Origin: Octopus sinensis
Lineage: Eukaryota
Length of the DNA: 64,000 nucleotides
Assembly (NCBI RefSeq): GCF_006345805.1
Contig: NC_042998.1
Location: forward strand, 109,988,001 to 110,052,000
Reading direction: 5' to 3'
Within the stretch, counting starts at the first letter, position 1. Every line of letters starts with the position of its first letter. The translations under genes were made by a program, and so were the position numbers. The notes beneath the pieces are model-generated. The model saw only the letters and a program-made list of their open reading frames with translations, searched no databases and had not been told where the DNA came from. This document shows, piece after piece, positions 1-13,678 of this stretch.

Positions 1-21
1 ATATATAAATATATGTATTTG

Positions 22-75
<54 letters not shown>

Positions 76-300
76 TTACATACATGTGCATACATATATA
101 TACATACATACATGCACACATATATATATATATATATATATATACGTACACACACATACACACACACAGATATATACATACATACATACATACATACATA
201 CATACACATACACAAATATATATATACATATGTAAATTATGATATTCATTATTCTATTTCTTTCAGTATACTGTTTGCATTCATAGAAATAATTAGTTAT
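1..300. repeat. Compound (TA)n/(CA)n/(TACA)n microsatellite
   Basis: Read directly from sequence; explains the YIYI/HTHT ORFs here. Confidence 0.97.
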
Positions 301-1035
301 ACATAGAAGGCAATCACAGGCGCATACATGCATGCAGACAGGTGTTACGCAGATTCACTTTCACACATACAGAAGCATGCACACATCTACAGCAGACTTT
401 TCGCACACACATTTTTAAGTCCCAGATATATCTGGATATTAATTAGAAAATGTATGAATAGTTATATGTTGACATTCAATAAAGACGAATAAAAGATATT
501 TAAAAAAGTACTTGTGCTTTGGTATTTCTGTTGCCAAGTATTCAAATTAATTTTCAGAATGGAAATTTATGCTATCTTCATAAATACTACTACATCTGCG
601 CTTAAGTCCGAACTTCACGAAGCAGCGTCTGGTGTTAGAACATCATTATTATCTTCTTTTTTTTTCTTTGTTTGTTTCAAATATTCGCCCTATTCTTTTC
701 TGAATATAATTGTTTTTTGAACAAATGCGTGATAGAGGAAAGTTTAAGAAAGATTAAGAATGAAGGATGAGAAAGAAAAATTCAGATGACGAAGAAGACT
801 GAAATTTATTATTAAAATTTCAACACGAATCTGCATATATGTATATTTCAACATATTTTACTGTATTCAGGTGCTTGACTGACTAAACATTAAATGATGC
901 AGTATCTAGTAATTTTAACTTTACTCCCAGGTATCAAAAGATTTAACCACAAACACACACACACACACAGATATATCTATTTCACTTTTTATTTTATTTT
1001 ATTCATTACATTTTTTATTCTTATATGCTGTAACA

Positions 1036-1036
<1 letters not shown>

Positions 1037-1111
<75 letters not shown>
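1037..1111. repeat. (TTA)n microsatellite
   Basis: About 25 near-perfect TTA units. Confidence 0.97.
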
Positions 1112-1412
1112 GAGCTAAAAATTGAAGTAATAATTTTAACGCATACGCGCACAGAACCATACACATATGTAATAAACATGCTTTTATAGTCATAGTATAC
1201 TGGAGTATTCCAACAGATCATAATGTATCCCTTGTATTGCCCTTTACATGCTCTGATGATTTTCCTCCCAAAGTATTTTGAAATGCAAGATTATATATGT
1301 GTATATGTTTTGTAGTTAAAATTGGATGCGAAATGAAACATTTGTAGGTGAAGATGTTAATTAATTTATAAATTAATTTGCATCCATTAGATCTCTCCGT
1401 TTTCAAACTTAA

Positions 1413-1475
<63 letters not shown>

Positions 1476-1520
1476 ACGTATATATATATATATAAACATA
1501 TCTTTTATATTTAACTTATT

Positions 1521-1734
1521 TCTTTACTTTTCTACCCGAGGTACAAGGCCCGAAATTTTAGGAGAAAGGCCAGTTGATTAGATCGACCCAGTACACAACT
1601 AGTACTTAATTTATCAACCCCGAAAGGATGAAAGGCAAAGTCGACCACGGCGGAATTTGAACTCAGAACGTAAAGACAGACGAAATATCGCTAAACATTT
1701 CGCCCGGCTTGTTAACGCTTCTGCCAGCTCTCCG
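1521..1734 (-). mobile_element. tRNA-derived SINE, type A (Nin/Deu-like central domain)
   Basis: Reverse complement reads gagctggcagaagcgttaac...gttctgagttcaaattccgccgtggtcgactttgcctttcatcctttcgggg...; near-identical copies at 11011, 20601, 24321, 56087 and 57810. Domain name is from recollection of motif. Confidence 0.9.
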
Positions 1735-2092
1735 ATTTCTTTAACTTACTTCTGTCATCTGACTTAAGTGCACCGACAACAGCCCAATCTCAGTGTCAAC
1801 GACAGGCAAAATTTCAAGGACACTGAAACTTTATATACCGTTGAGATTGAAATTCGGCTGTTATGTCGCTACCAGACACACACACACACACACCGCGCTC
1901 ACACACACACACACATATACACACACACGGCAACACACAAAACGTATAAGTCAGTTTAGTGGCATCGCAACTACAAAACCCAGCAGCTTCGTGCTGATGA
2001 AACATCTGAAAATGTATCTTTGAATATATCCATAAGCATGAACATATATATATATATATATACACATATACTCCCAAAGACACACACACACA

Positions 2093-2150
<58 letters not shown>

Positions 2151-3169
2151 ACATGTACACAGGAACATGTAATGGAGCATAAATACATATATATGCATAT
2201 GTGTGTAAAGATATACTCATATTTTTTTTTATCGTGTTTTTAAAAGTAAACTGACAACAACAGCGGAAAGCGCTAAAATCGGTAGGGCCGAGCAAAACAG
2301 CTTGTCATTCGACATGTTTGTAATTTCTCTATTAACGCACACATCAATAAAACGATATAGAGCATACATACATGTTCGAGCGTGTTGACTAGAATCAAGT
2401 CCGTCATCGGATAACATGAGTAGGCATGTCACAAAACAATCCTTTGAACGGTGCTTTGTTGACAGTCTTAGTAGTGGAAACATCGCTAATGTTGAAATAA
2501 TAGAATATAGAACAATATGAAACACCAACGACTGAAGTCTTTCTTTTGTGCTCTGGGCTTTAAACACAACTTTCGTCATCTCCCCTCTTCAATTTATTGT
2601 TATTTACCCATTTTGTTTGTTAGCTTTAGACATCAAGATAATGATTATCGTGTCCCGCTCACTTTAATCGTGTAATAATTATTACGCCTGATTGGGAATA
2701 TCCTTTAATAACTACATTCGTTTTATATTGAGAACAGTTACTGAAGAAGATAAGACTCCCAGTTCGCGTGCCGGTTTCAATTCTCAATTGAAGATAGTTC
2801 GCCGTCTCGGATGAAAAGAAATAAAGATTCTTTACACCTCATTGAAATTAAAAGTAATTACAATAACGGAATAGTAAATAGATTTTACAAGGAAATGATT
2901 TAAAACATGCATTCGTCATGACGCTATAACTTTATGTTTAAACGTCACAAAGAAACGGCTTTACTTTCAATTCTAACTTTGAATAAGACCCAGTTAAATA
3001 TCAGCAATACGTTAGAGTCCTATATCAAATATATCATTAAAATATGCTTGAAAAATGATATACTATATATGTACTCTCTCAGCAGAAATTATTTCTTCTT
3101 CATGAGAACTAATTTGAAAGTTTCCTAATAAGAACTATCAAACATATACATAAAGCACCAGACATAAAA

Positions 3170-3600
3170 TAATACGTTGTTTCTAGCTGACTAGTCTCCG
3201 CCAAATTTAAATGTTGATATACTGACATGACAGGGTTGAAGCTTTTATGCTTGGGAAATTGTGAAATACCACCAGATATGAGTAGTAATAAACATGTTCC
3301 ATTTATATTTCCCATAATTAAACAAACTTACTAATATCTAGAGTGTACCAGTTCATAGAGACAGATAAATGAAGGAAAATCGTTGAAATATTATGGTCAG
3401 CTGATAAAGAATTGATATTATACTTAACTGCCGTGCCCAATAGACAGTAATATTCTCGAACAGAAATGGAGATGCTTAAAGATGTTTAAATAGAAGTAAC
3501 TAGAGTGTGGGGATTGAAAACAGAAACATACTCATAGAAATAGGTGCATTGTGATTAATGCAAAGATTTGTACAAATATTTCGGAAAGGTCTTACGATAC
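3170..3600 (+). mobile_element. Highly decayed 3' fragment of an R4/Dong-like LINE (zinc-finger to endonuclease region)
   Basis: Collinear similarity to the better-preserved copy at 19700-20200 (gacatgacagggttg, ccagttcatagagacagataaat, gaagtaactagagtgtggggattgaaaacagaaaca); no intact frame. Confidence 0.6.
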
Positions 3601-4334
3601 ACAACATAACACCAAAATGTAGCACCATAAATGCCCATGACACAGAGAACTGCACTGACTGAGTAATGACTGTTCAATAGAAATGATATTTCTAGAATAA
3701 ATTTTTTAAATTTTGCAACAAAACATAAATTTGGTTGGAAAAGTATTGGTTATATGAATTCAAGTAATTACATTTTATTTATTTAATCGGTTATGGAAGA
3801 TTGCAAAGCAAATTTGAGCCAGGTGAATAGTGAATGGGCAGAGTCGTGAATCGTTAAGGTGTGTGGTAATATATATTACGGTATTCCGTTTTAATTTGAA
3901 TATGAATTTTATTTCTTATCATTTTTTCCCTTTATTATTCCAGTGAACGCTATGAAGTGCCTCGGTTCTCTCATCAAATTTTTGGTTATTCTATTTGAAA
4001 CCTCTATTGATATTTAGTAGGGGTATTTGTTTACAAACTGCTAGTAGTTGGTAGCTTTGGTGATTAAGCTAAAATATTAAAATTGACGAAATGGGATATT
4101 GTAACACTCATTCTTTACCCGACAGCTATTTCAGAGTAAAGAAAGTGAGCTGCCGAACTGAAAGAACCAGGAAAAGCAGTGGCCAAGTCTGTTACTAGGC
4201 TAAGTAACTTTTACTGAATCAGTACAAACCCTGAACATTTAAGATGTCATTTGAAGTGCTATGTACAGAAGAAAAATCCTCAGCATAACACAATTTACAG
4301 CCTTTAAAAAAATTGTTAGAAAAATCGTAAATAT

Positions 4335-4711
4335 ACCTACCTACCTACCTACCTACCTACTACCTACCTACCTACCTACCTACCTACCTACCTACCTACC
4401 TATCTACCTACATACATACATACCTACCTAGCTACCTACCTAGCTACCTACCTAACCGCTTACCTACGTATGCATGTATGTATGTATGTATGTATGTATG
4501 TATGCATGCATGTATATATGAGATGCAGCGAAATTTTTTGTCAGTTAACAAGTCGAAGATTCGAGCGACGAAATTTGACAACATATTACATATGCATACA
4601 AATAAATGTTTAAATGAAATATGTGCGCGCGAGCACACTCACACATACATACACACACACACACACAGACACACACACACACACACAGACACACACACAT
4701 ACACACACAGA

Positions 4712-4756
<45 letters not shown>

Positions 4757-4898
4757 TACTATATTGGCCAGGCTATCAGATGTCTCATACACACCTGATC
4801 TCAATGCACTTTATCGCATTTTGGCAGCTTTTGAATGATGCCACATGCATGCATATAAACATACATACGCGCATGCACGCACACACACATACACACGC

Positions 4899-4947
<49 letters not shown>

Positions 4948-4960
4948 TATGAATACAAAC
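4335..4960. repeat. Compound (CCTA)n, (TATG)n, (CA)n and (TA)n microsatellites
   Basis: Read directly from sequence. Confidence 0.95.
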
Positions 4961-5946
4961 ACACACATATTTATATATATTATATTATATTATATTATAT
5001 GGGGCAAGGCTTTTGCCAGACGATAAGGCCAGCGTTGTGTGTGTGTGTATGTGCATGTGGGTTGGTGTGTCTCTCAGGTGTACGCAATTCAAGTAGTGTT
5101 AAATGAAATCAGTGTTCGATGTATCTTAACGTATATTCACTTGTCACGGGAACAGCTAGCCAGAACGCCGGATAACTTTTGGCCTATTTAGGTCGTTTTA
5201 ATAACGCGTATTCTCAGCCATAGGCCTAGGTGAAACTTGCCGTCTCCGATGTATAGGAAAGAGTGAATAAATTCACTGATATTTCGAATAGCGACTGGGT
5301 TGAGTAATGAATACATTGTAAGCAATTGAAACATCAGTGAATGAAGGTAGCCAGGACATTGTCAGATATGCATATATTTTAAGAATGATACATACAATAC
5401 GCCTCCATTTCCACTCAAGAGTGAAGGATATCGATATGTTGCCATTTTTGCCTTGCCTGTCTATGCGTTTTAAGTGTTTTAACACCCATTGCTGTAAGGT
5501 AGTCATCCCCAAAGTACTATTCTGCAGCGAACCGACGAACTTTGCAAAACATGTATTGAGTTTGTGCTGTCGATATTGTTCATAACACTAGCGCTGATTT
5601 TAATTAGTAATTGGATATGATTTTACGTATTCGTCGGCGTGGCATACGAACAAATGACTCTTACATTATTTGTATATAGTCAGTGACGAGCAATGTAGCT
5701 CGTCACCGTTCCTATTCATGTACGTGATGTTGATAAACCACTAAAGTGGTGAAATATCGGTATCTATCACTCCTGAATGGGACTAGGGGCGAGTTGTCTC
5801 GCTTCTCTATAACTTTCAGGCGTTTTAAAACCATTGAAAATGTGCGGTTGATAATATTTACAAAACAAGTACTGCTTTTAATTCGCAACTCAGTTTATCT
5901 ATCTATCTATCTATCTATCTACTATCTATCTATCTACTATCTATCT

Positions 5947-5987
<41 letters not shown>

Positions 5988-6020
5988 AGATAGTTAGATA
6001 TATACGCATGTATGTATATA

Positions 6021-6090
<70 letters not shown>

Positions 6091-6509
6091 GAGTATATAC
6101 ACGTGGGTATAAAAGAAAGATGTGAATTCTGGTTTGCAGTATATTTTTACGAGTGTGGACTGATATTGATTATGCGCACGAATATTTTGAGATACTCGTA
6201 AATTTACGCTATGGAATACCATGATGATGATAGTAATAGGTAAATATTTAAAAAATATTTTAAAATTTAAGCTTGAAACAGGATCTTGTAGGCGGTTAAC
6301 CTAAAATTGTTGATTCATTATTTTTCTTTTGCTCGCCTACAATATAGTGATTTTAAGGTGGTAATAGGGGCTTTGACGTCTATATCTACGGTGCGTGGTG
6401 AGGCGTATAGCCGATCCCTTATTATAATTATGTATATAATTATAGAATATTTCATATATATACATATATACGTATTTATACACACACACACACAAACACA
6501 CATACACAT

Positions 6510-6546
<37 letters not shown>

Positions 6547-6564
6547 CATACATACATATATATA

Positions 6565-8400
6565 TTTCTAGTTTCCCTCAGATCTGTGGCCATGCTGGGG
6601 CACTGCCGTTTTGCTACACTGTTATTATTGAGAGCCTTTTCTAATATGTGACATTTGGTGAATAGGGGAGTTTGATGTCGCTACTCTCATTTGCACTTCA
6701 TCCCGCGAGGTAGGTTCATCTGGGATTCTCATCAGAGGTCCAGTTTTGATTTGAAAACACCTACATCCACTTTGTGTAGGTCCTGCAGGCTCTTTGAGAC
6801 AATATTAAAAGGATGTGAGCTCTTGAAACCGAGGCTGTTGCAGTAACAGCTCCTGAAGAGCGATGGCATTTCTGGGACCTTTGTCACTCTGCAGTGTCGA
6901 CCCGTTCTGGTATTTTTGTAGCTTTCAATGCCAAAATTTGGCACAATTCCTTCCAGAATCTTCCAGATTATATTACTGCATACCTCTCCTGCCTTCGCTC
7001 CAGGAGTAGAGTCTTAGCTGTTTCAGCCATTTCCAATAGCTGAGCTGTTACAATGAGACGATCTTCATTGTGAAGCTTCGCTGGATTGCTTCAAGGTCCG
7101 CTATTAATTTTACGCTGTTGGGTGACCATAGCTGGAAGCAGTAATCCAGCAGGCTGAAGATGGATGCTCCCCAGAGGACCATCATGGTTTCCTTCTCTGT
7201 GGCTCTGATCGTTCTTAGGATCCATCCATCCATCCACTTGTCTACACTTTGTCGACATCCTGGTGATATGCACTTAGAAGAAGTATCATCACTCATGTTG
7301 ATACCCAGGCTCCTAACTGATTTAGGCTCTGGGATTGTAATCTCCCGTGGACCAGTGTACCCTGCAAGTTTCATATTCAGTTTTGGACGCTGGTAACGCA
7401 GGACTTAGAATTTTTCAGCATTAAGCTGCATATTAATAATTTTAGCCCATCTGTAAATTGAGTCGAACTGCTGCTGCAGGTGTGCAACATTGTGGGGTTC
7501 TGTATTTTCTGCGAGACTTTCGTATCGTCTGCGTAGCTAGCAAGGATGGCTATCCGGGCAGCTGAGGGCATATCTGCGAGAGCCACTATGAAAATCAGTG
7601 GCCCCAAGACAGTGCCCTGTGGAACACCGCTCACTATTTGTATTTTCCTTGAGGTAGCTCCATTGGTCACTACTACCTGACTCCTTTCATTCAGAAAGTC
7701 ATGTAACCACTCTCCAGGTTTTCCAGCTATGCCGAGATCCCGCTTTTCGTGGTATATCATACTATGATGCTCTGTATCAAAAGCTTTTGCAAAGTCAAGG
7801 TGTGTTACGTCCACATTTGAGTTGTTGAGTAACTGCTTCAACACCCAGTCATAGTGCTGTAATATCTGGGTCAGGCAGCACCTACCTGGTCGAAAGCCAT
7901 ACTGGGTATCTCTCAGCAAGTCTTTTTCTTCAAGGAATGCTATTAGTTTCCCTATGACTATCCGTTCCATAACTTTGCTCATGTATGAAATCAGAGAGAT
8001 AGACCTATTGTTTTTGACATCTGCTCTGTTTCCTCCTTTATGGATTGGGTATATTATTCCCTTCTTCACTTTGCTTGGCAGCTTGCCATTTGCAATAAAG
8101 CTCTGGAACAGAATCTGTAGTGATTTCGCTAGGTCAAGTTTACACGATTTGAGGAGGATTGCATATAGGTTGCATATCAGACATGAAATATTCTAGTTTC
8201 AAGCTAATGCCTGATGTGGGGAGACATTTCGGCTAGTCCTGTCTGAGGATTTCTTTTTGGATCGATTTTCAGTATGCTTTGTGGAAGTTCAGATCGGAGA
8301 GAATTTGGATGCTTCCTTTAGGCTACTTTTGGTCCATACATAGGCAGCTCTATTATGTTGTGATCCGAAACTAATGTCGACGTCACTTTCACATCAGCGC
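6565..8400 (-). mobile_element. CR1/L2-group non-LTR retrotransposon, internally deleted: end of APE endonuclease, RT, C-terminus and 3' tail
   Basis: DVKVTSTLVSDHNIIEL at about 8350-8400; RT ORF 7377-8069; C-terminal FKSKLDL..IPDEPTSRDEVQMRVATSNS at about 6660-6760; 3' tail ends at the (TA)n tract. Confidence 0.9.
7377..8069 (-). pseudogene. Reverse transcriptase fragment of the LINE
   Basis: Motifs PIHKGG..NRSISL.S..SKVMER, QYGFRPGR, LDFAKAFD, GVPQGTVLGP, YADDTK; frameshifts and stops on both sides. Confidence 0.93.
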
Positions 8401-8865
8401 GCCAAAGTGAAGGCATTTGAAAAAACACACCCATATATAATTTCTAGAACTTTATGCTTGCTCGATTTCGGTTGAGCGTTCTGTAACTAGTTCTGGACAT
8501 TGTCTTTTGTAATCAACAGACTACTCTGAGGATCTTGCAGGTATCTGCGTGTTTATATACGTAGATATTAACAAGTGATACCAATGGTGCGTAGGTAATC
8601 GTTTTAATTTCGTATGTTTTCATTTGTCTTGCACATTTTTACATTTTGGCGTTTTGCTGAGTTTTTTTTCTTGAGAATACATTCTTCGTGGTAATAGCGA
8701 TTTGACGTCTATGATTAGCATATAGGGTGTCCACTTTAGTGGTCATTCCTCTTCATTTTGTATATAACGCAATTTTTAATCTTCGGATTTTTAAATATTC
8801 TAAGACACTGATTTAAATTGATTAACATCAATTTCTACCCTTCTTATTTAATTTTATATATATAT

Positions 8866-8932
<67 letters not shown>

Positions 8933-11010
8933 ATACGGATGGGGCTCTCTGTCATGGTATCACGTACTTAGGAAGGTTAGGCTATTATGCCATTTCAGAG
9001 AGATTGTCTGGAGATTGTTTTATCCCGTTTGCCTTTGGACGGTTGATTTCTGTAATTATTATTAGTGTATTTTGGCGATTTAAATAAGAGATTTGACTGC
9101 TATTTCCAGCTGGTAGACATTCTTAGTAAGTCCTTTCGATTAACTTTAATCCTTCATATATATATATATGTATGTATGTATGAATTTATACATATATATA
9201 TATTTACACACACACACAAACACATACCGTTGGCTTTTCGTGTATTAAACGCCTTATGAATTCAATTAGAAAATTTAAAAAGCATGACACCAAACTCATT
9301 TCCTTAGACAACCTGCTGTGTCTCACACACACACACACTCACTCACTCACTCACTCACTCACTCGCTCGCTAACTTAAACGCACGCGCGCACACACACAC
9401 ACACACGCACACACACTAATACATTTATATAAGCGAAGGATATCCTTATCAAGGGACCAAATATGCCATGCTTCAATAAAAATATTCCTTTTCTTATGGC
9501 ATTAAAAACGTACGCATACACAAACCTACATATATCCCGCTCTTGTATCGTTATCTCTTCGCTACTAATTCTGTTCGTCTTCTTTTGAAACTTACATCCG
9601 ATATATTTAGAATCTCTCTGCAAAATAAGATCTATTACTATGTACATAAGGAAAAAATCATTGCAACTTCCATTATTGTGAAATCTCATACCTCAATATA
9701 TCTCAATGACGGCCCAAAGAATTCGACGTATTTTAAATTGAAGTTTTAGTTTTGAATGTTTCTTTAATATATTCAAAAATACTTCGTATACATTGAATTA
9801 CATCTAGAAGAGAATATTTCGGATTCATATCAAGTTATCTCAAATAATTTTATTCATTCTTAAGTAAGTGAGGCTGAAAAGCTCCCAGAAGGATATACTT
9901 GATTTCTGATTCAATCTGTACGAATTTTATATTGTGATGTTTAACATTTGATTCACTCCTTTCTACTTAATCCAGAACTACTTACAAACATGAGTACATT
10001 TCCGTAAGATTTGGAACAAAAGTTCAATACGTGAAGTAGTTCAGCTATAGTAATTCGTCAGAAGTACTCTTCTGAAACGTTGCAGAAGGAAGGCTATTGG
10101 GGATATTTGAGATTTTGTATAAATATATATTACAAATCGATCAATCTTTTATCCAAAATTGTATCACTTAGTAGTCAATAATGAAGCGTATGAAATTGAT
10201 ATTTCCTGCTGGGAAAATACCGTTTCAATCAGATGATAAATCTAATCATATAAAAACATTGTTGATCGAGTACCTGCACTTTCGTTTGGACAAATATTTA
10301 GATGATAAATTAAAAGTATCTGACATTTTATGTGGACATTCCCAGTCGAAAAGTTACTTCAAATGATTTTTAGCTGGTTTATTTAAAGAAAATGCCTTTT
10401 TCGCAATAGCTGACACCTAGTTTTGCTATTCCTGCCTTACTTGTTTGATTCACTTCAAGAAATCACCGAAGCTGTCTTTATTAATATGAGAAGGTTGGTT
10501 TTAGCATTAAAGTAAAAAAGTTCCTCACTAAAAACTTACAAATTATTTCATCTGCTTTTTCCTTATGTCTCATTTCCGAATTAGCACCGTGTGACTCTTA
10601 TATATGGCTTAATCATCTTCCTGGAATAATAGCTTCCTCGACTTAGTATTTAATTTATAACCTCATAAATTATTGAGGCAGAAACAATAATTGGTCACTT
10701 AAAACATTTACTATAAAGCAAATCTGCATAAAAAAAAAAAAAAAACATCGCCATAATCTAAATTACACAATTATCACTTATCGTGACGAAGAACAATTAG
10801 TTCAAAAGTAATTAATTAACATACAAGGTCTAATTGTTTCTAGCAACTTCTCTTAGAACTTTCACGTTCCTTGAAAACCCAAACCTTTTTCTGTCATTTA
10901 TTATAATTTTCACCACAAATTGTTTGCAATTGTTGTGATAATCTATCTTTTGTCACTATTTCCGAGAAATTGTTTGCTGCTACATACTAACTTTCAGTTT
11001 TCTAATCAAT

Positions 11011-11222
11011 GAAAGATGGTGTGTTGGCAGAATCGTTAGTACCCTGTGCTAAGTGGAATTTAATCAGTCTTTACGTTCTGAGTTCAAAGTCCGGCGCGGT
11101 CGACATTGCCTTTCATCCTTTCGGAGTCGGTAAAATAAGTAACAGCTGAGCCCTGGGATCGATGAAATCAACTCACCACCTACTCCGTACTTTCTGGCCT
11201 TGTGCCAAAATTTCAAACAATA
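11011..11222 (+). mobile_element. tRNA-derived SINE, type A
   Basis: ttggcagaatcgttag...ttctgagttcaaagtccggcgcggtcgacattgcctttcatcctttcggagtcggtaaaataagt...ggccttgtgccaaaatttcaaac. Confidence 0.88.
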
Positions 11223-12218
11223 TTCCAACAAGTGTACATAACGGATATTTTTCACGTATTTCGTTACAGTTTTTCATATACATCTTTTACATGAGAATAT
11301 ACAAATGAAGAAAGAAGTAACATGGGAGAACATAGAGCTGTTTTTCTAGGAAACCTGTTTAGGGAGAAATTAATTTTCAGTCAATAACAAAAAATTGCAT
11401 GTGCTTCTTGGCTAATATACAAATTAAACTCAAAAGAAATGAAGAGGATGAGATAACTTAACAAGTAAAACCAGATATATGACATTATATGTTGATGAAT
11501 GAATTGATTTCATCTCCGTATCTAAGAATAGAACCAGAAATTCATCTACTATAGATAAAAATAAAAAGAATTAATGCTTCTATATGCAAAAATGAAACCG
11601 AGAAATATTTGAATGTTCTTTCGAAATTACTATAATAGTTAATGAGAAGGTATTCACTAATTGTTTCTTTATTGTTTATGTAAGGTACATATTGATCAAA
11701 CATGCCTTCAAAAATACATAAAGGATTTGAATTCTATTATCAAAATATTTTTAGTACCATTATTTTCTGGATTCCTTTCAAGTGTGGATATGAAAATCAA
11801 TTGGAATTGATATTGATTTCAATTTTATTAAAACGATAGTTAACCCAATATCATAGTGCTCATTAATAAAAAACCACATATTCACATATATATTTAATTA
11901 TCATAGATGCTATCGAATACATCTCAGAAAGTCAACACAGAAACACATACGAACAGACAACTGTTTCTCTCTTTCACTTTACATAAACACACGCACACCT
12001 GTATGTGTATGCGTGTGTGTGTGTGTGCATGTGCGCATGTGCATATGTGTGTGTGTGTGCGAGTGTATAATTGCCTGGTGATATATATAGATGCTTTATA
12101 TGGAATAGTTGTATATAATTTACCATAGCGTAGTAGATTTTATTTAGAAGTAAATTTTGGGGAGATGTGTCTCTGCCCCAATATTCACGATCCTAGGATG
12201 ACTGATTACACATTCATG

Positions 12219-12280
<62 letters not shown>

Positions 12281-12306
12281 CATACATACATACATACATA
12301 CATACA

Positions 12307-12342
<36 letters not shown>

Positions 12343-12374
12343 TATATCTTTATATATATATATATATATATATA

Positions 12375-12550
12375 CTTTATTTAAAGCAGCAGAAAATTCA
12401 ACAAAATCTGTTACTCTGAGTTTCCCGTTGCCGTTCATCGGACAGTTTTTGCTAGAATTTTCTGCTGCTTTAAATAAAGCATATTACTCTACCACTGGTA
12501 TTTGAGTATTCTTTTTCCACCTTGTTTTACAGTTATGTGTTTACTCCGGT
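12375..12550 (-). mobile_element. Short (TA)n-embedded element with a 25-bp perfect inverted repeat enclosing a hammerhead motif
   Basis: ctttatttaaagcagcagaaaattc (12375-12399) is the exact reverse complement of 12455-12479; flanked by (TA)n on both sides. Confidence 0.75.
12400..12454 (-). ncRNA. Type I hammerhead ribozyme motif, U4C core variant
   Basis: Minus strand: ctgt CCGAUGA a-cg-gcaa-cg-g GAAA cu-cag-ag UA acag; stem I extends into the long inverted repeat. Confidence 0.65.
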
Positions 12551-12729
12551 ATATATATATATATACACATGAGAATAGAAGAATAGAATATATATATGCA
12601 CACATATACTGTATATGCATTTTAAATTTGTTTACGGGAAACGTTTTGAATATGCAAATAAATCTCCTATTCCGTTATGCCGGCCACCTTTTTGGGTTGC
12701 ATCGAGCTGTACCGATATAATGTAGGATA

Positions 12730-13494
12730 ATCATAAGACTAATAACATTAACCCTTGGATGGAATTTATAAACATTTCATGCGTCGTTACGTGTGTTTCC
12801 ACACGTCACATGTCTCTTAACATCACAGTCCGTATTCCTGGGATGATTACAGTGTAGTTCTTAGTATCCATGGGCATCGGGTTGATAATCTTCATGGATT
12901 CATTTCTGCAGACGATATAACATTAATGCGTGTGCAACAGAGGGATGCTTAACTTTCTGACCTGTATGAAGGTTAACTGAATTATGTGGGTATTTCTGTA
13001 TGTATTATTGGGAAGGAAGAGAAGGCGATGGAAAGAGAGGAAGGAATGGTAGTTATACAGGGATGGATGGTTGTGTGGTGATGTCGGACTTATTTTGCTA
13101 TTCACTCAGCAGAAGTCAAATATGGGTAGTCTATTCTTTTGCTTGATCTCATTTAAGGCATGGTTCTCTTCAATGAATTCTGAAGTAATCTGATATAGGT
13201 CATCTTTTACTGCCACTACAACCATCAGTTATTGCGCTTTATTGACTGAATTGATAAATGATACTTTCTTAGGGTGACCTTTTCAATTTTTCTGATGGTT
13301 TCGTGTATAGCATCCTAAATATTGGTCGCTTGGTTTATTTGTTTGTGTTCCTTCCTTGCTTCGTAATGTGCTAACGGCGCTTGATGTTATTTCTACTCAA
13401 AATGTTGTTTTCAAATTCCAGAAATGATGTTTTGCTTTTATGTTTACAAGATATGATGATCAACTCAGAGTGCCTATTTATCACGTTTTCCCTG

Positions 13495-13495
<1 letters not shown>
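12730..13495 (-). mobile_element. Probable decayed N-terminal ORF region of a Penelope-like element (partial tandem unit)
   Basis: Lies directly downstream (minus strand) of the hammerhead-bearing terminal repeat, where a partial tandem unit would restart; no diagnostic motif recovered. Confidence 0.35.
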
Positions 13496-13540
<45 letters not shown>

Positions 13541-13642
13541 CTATATATATATATTGTTGAAATTTACAGAAAAATAAAAAACGAAGACAGGTGTATAACA
13601 ACAAGAAGTGTATTAGTTTGATGCTCGGGAAGGTGAGAAACT

Positions 13643-13678
13643 CTTTTACATTTCGAGCCTACGATCTTCAACAGAAAG
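13643..13678 (-). ncRNA. Minimal hammerhead motif, A6U variant, mutated copy
   Basis: cttt CUGUUGA a gauc guag gcuc GAAA u GUA aaag; same family as the 51321 copy. Confidence 0.55.

Noticed and set aside
1775-1868. Imperfect three-way stem with GAAAC...GTT
   Set aside because: Lacks the CUGANGA segment on either strand; may be a decayed inverted repeat
2229-2579. 116-aa minus-strand ORF with a hydrophobic stretch
   Set aside because: No recognisable domain; length is within chance expectation; a donor is present but the acceptor and start context are poor
4080-4330. Possible Tc1 transposase C-terminal remnant
   Set aside because: Similarity is too faint to support without an alignment
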